NCBI GenBank assembly: GCA_010405405.1 | Contig: MU004233.1 | Span: 1,862,566-1,926,565, forward strand | From: Microthyrium microscopicum | Lineage: Eukaryota | Direction: 5' to 3' | Length of the DNA stretch: 64,000 nucleotides | Shown: one piece after another, positions 61,601 to 64,000 of the stretch | Layout of the letters: every line of letters begins with the position of its first letter | Position numbering within the stretch: position 1 is the stretch's first letter | Position numbers and translations under genes: made by a program | The notes under the pieces: generated by a model | What the model was told of the DNA's origin: nothing | What the model saw: the letters and a program-made list of their open reading frames with translations, nothing else | The model's database searches: none

Positions 61601-63517
61601 CTACGAACCAACGAATCTCATTTCCTGTCCCGAACTTCCCATTAGTCTAACCTTCAATTCTTTCGCCGACGACTCCATCTCTGAAGTCTTCTCCGCTGGA
61701 TAGTCGCCCACACCCTTGAGACCATGAAACATTAGAGCCAGGCTCGACGATCTCCACAGTGGTGTCTGCCGTCTCGAACTCTCCACAATCGACAACACTA
61801 GCAACAAATTCCCGCCAACAACCACCGCAACAGGCAAAATGATCCACGGCCAACGCACCACAATCTTCGTCTGAGCTTGCGTCGCAGTTCCTTTGAAAGT
61901 GGCCTTCTTCTGAGAGTTCCGTATCGCGTTCGTCATACTTGTGGCTATATTCTGCATGGTTGTTGGTATATCGTTGCTGTGTAGCTGTGCGGAGATGGCC
62001 TGGTTTGGGGCCGCGCCAGCATAAATTAGGTCAGCTTGGGCGTCGGAGGGCGAAGTGAAAGCTTGCGCAAGGTAATTTGAAGTATCCTCCCAATCGAGTC
62101 CATTGACAGTCCAGTTGCCGTTGCTAGAGTTTACTCCGTGTATGTTTGAGGGTGGTATTAGGTTTGTCCACACCATGTCAATACTCTCTTCTCTCCAGAC
62201 TTGCTGAGAGGTAAAGTCCCACTCGGTAGGTGGCGGCTCTGTGTAGGTACCGTTGCGGACGTTGACGCCGGTGTACGTCTTACCGCAGAAGTTGAGGGCG
62301 CATTCATAGACCTTGGCATTCTTTCCGGGAGGTGTCTCATAGTTCACAGCTGGAATGCTGACAGCCGCGAAGAGGATGAGTTGGTTTAAAAGAGCCGGAA
62401 GGCCGTTCTTGCCCAGATTCACAGAACTATATGCTACACTGTTGAAGAGCGTTGCTTTTGTATTGTGAGGAGCCGATAATGCTGTAGCGTTCAATTTATA
62501 GTTCGCCGGTGTCGTGAAGTTGCACGTCCAGCCCGTGTTCATACCAGAAGTCTGCGTACATGTTTGTTTTGTTGAGCTGCTGACATCATTGCATTTGCTG
62601 CATAGACCAAGACTCATGTATGGGTCCCAGTCGCAAGTTGGTGTACTACACGTAGGTACAACCTTGAGAGGTGTGGCGTAGAGGCCGGCGTAGAATCCAG
62701 CTTGAAGCTCTACTGGCGAATTGTTGGTTGTTGGAAAGACTTCCGCGGGAGCAACCCCACCCGAGCCTGATCGACCGGTGTCATACAGCTGACTGTATGA
62801 AGTAAGAGCAACACTGTGGTCGAGTGGGATCTGATCTTGCTGGAAGGCAATGACTTGCTGCACAAAAGGATCTACTCCGAGCGCAGTGAGTGTTACAAGG
62901 GCTCCAAGGATAGCAGCGAAAGTTTTGATAGAAAAGAGGATTTGTATTGCGCCATACGGTCCACGACTAGCTCTATCGAAGATCTCGAGCTTCTCCAGTT
63001 TCCGTGGCCTCTGCGATTGATAGTACTGCCACTTCTGTTGAGATATGCACTCCGCTACGGGTAAGAGGAGTGCGGACTTTGCGACTGTTGACAAGATTGA
63101 AACAATTGTATTTGGCTGGATAGTCCAATGCCAACTTTCGATGGGTTTGCCGTTTATCCACGCGAGCACGACGATTATAGCAACTGTACAGAGAATGCTT
63201 AGGATAGCCGCCGCTACCTCTAATGTCCACCAGTCAGTCCAGTACAGTGGCAATCGTAGCCTCTGTCGTCGGGATGCAGTCGAAGACACTGGCCGTAATC
63301 CCTTGAGATTCTCCTGCGAGGTTCGGGCCGTTGACGGCAAGGGATTATTCCCCGAGTCTCGTTCGACATCCTCTGATTCCATGTTATTGTGATGATTTTC
63401 TACCTCTTCGGACTGCGAATAGCCAGCTGAACTGTTTTGGTCATGATGTCGCTCAAACGAAAGCCTCTCATGTCTTGGTACCAACTCATACTGATCTTGG
63501 AGTCGCGAAGCCGCCAT
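61601..63517 (-). CDS. DUF3176-family membrane protein
   Basis: WWTLEVAA..., PNTIVSILSTVAKSALLLPVAECISQQKW...FDRASRGPYGA, DPFVQQ, C-x4-C-x-W...SLGLCSKC, IATSMTNAIR, VRWPW, LWRSSSLALM. Confidence 0.85.
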   Translation of the reverse strand: MAASRLQDQYELVPRHERLSFERHHDQNSSAGYSQSEEVENHHNNMESEDVERDSGNNPLPSTARTSQENLKGLRPVSSTASRRQRLRLPLYWTDWWTLEVAAAILSILCTVAIIVVLAWINGKPIESWHWTIQPNTIVSILSTVAKSALLLPVAECISQQKWQYYQSQRPRKLEKLEIFDRASRGPYGAIQILFSIKTFAAILGALVTLTALGVDPFVQQVIAFQQDQIPLDHSVALTSYSQLYDTGRSGSGGVAPAEVFPTTNNSPVELQAGFYAGLYATPLKVVPTCSTPTCDWDPYMSLGLCSKCNDVSSSTKQTCTQTSGMNTGWTCNFTTPANYKLNATALSAPHNTKATLFNSVAYSSVNLGKNGLPALLNQLILFAAVSIPAVNYETPPGKNAKVYECALNFCGKTYTGVNVRNGTYTEPPPTEWDFTSQQVWREESIDMVWTNLIPPSNIHGVNSSNGNWTVNGLDWEDTSNYLAQAFTSPSDAQADLIYAGAAPNQAISAQLHSNDIPTTMQNIATSMTNAIRNSQKKATFKGTATQAQTKIVVRWPWIILPVAVVVGGNLLLVLSIVESSRRQTPLWRSSSLALMFHGLKGVGDYPAEKTSEMESSAKELKVRLMGSSGQEMRFVGS

Positions 63518-64000
63518 ACTAATGTGAGTCAATCCCAATAACCGATACTAAACGTTCGGAAGTCATGGTACAAAAGACACTTGATCATTCTGATATACCT
63601 TATAGATTAGGCGCCTATCCGCAGTCAAGTAACAGATAATATACCAACAACATGGTATTTATAGATGATGTGATACATGGGTACGCAGCATTTATGTGGC
63701 TGCGCCCCCGCAGTATAGAGTCTACTTGTCAGCACTTGCCCAGCATTAACCAGGCGAAGGCACAAGGCAAACTCAATGACAGGGTCGTTAAACCGTAGAA
63801 CTGTGTGAAACGAAACATATATGGCTGAGTAGTAACCTATCGTGCCTGTGCATCGGGACTCGGAGGGTGAGTGGAAGTCCGCAGTGGTCCGGTCTAGTTC
63901 CTGCCCAAGTACTGGTCAACGTATATGATGGTGCTTAAGTCCCAAATTGGGGCCATGGAGGTTTCAAGCTGGAACTCTCTAGAATGAGGTTTGATCGTTC

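Noticed and set aside
1..64000. tRNA, rRNA or transposable elements
   Set aside because: No cloverleaf with A/B boxes, rRNA sequence, transposase or RT motifs, LTR/TIR pairs or AT-rich RIP blocks were seen by eye; tRNAscan-SE and RepeatModeler would be decisive.

Overview
Gene-dense, intron-rich filamentous ascomycete DNA (Pezizomycotina, probably Dothideomycete-like; short GT-AG introns with CTAAC/CTGAC branch points). Conserved genes: SNU13, FCF2, a DEN1/SENP8-type deneddylase, condensin kleisin BRN1, PI4-kinase STT4, an RKM4/SETD6-like methyltransferase, SHR3, SPP2, PAM17 and clathrin heavy chain. Accessory genes between them: a catalase-like peroxidase (partial), a cutinase with a Met-rich, GPI-type tail, a Zn2Cys6+homeodomain+C2H2 transcription factor, two small secreted Cys-rich proteins, a HET gene plus a HET fragment, GH79, a secreted histidine phosphatase, a divergent BTB protein, an SRPK-like kinase, a bacterial-looking intronless GH32 and two membrane proteins. 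Highlights: (1) a box C/D snoRNA in the FCF2 intron whose guide matches LSU rRNA helix 69 (snR63/SNORD46-like); (2) three adjacent, intronless, highly diverged paralogs sharing a W[DQ]P...TC-x10/11-C...LC-x2-H...W signature; (3) the GH32 as a candidate horizontal transfer from bacteria; (4) the triple-DNA-binding-domain transcription factor. No rRNA, tRNA, CRISPR array or recognisable transposon was found. All family calls come from motifs recognised by eye; no searches were run.
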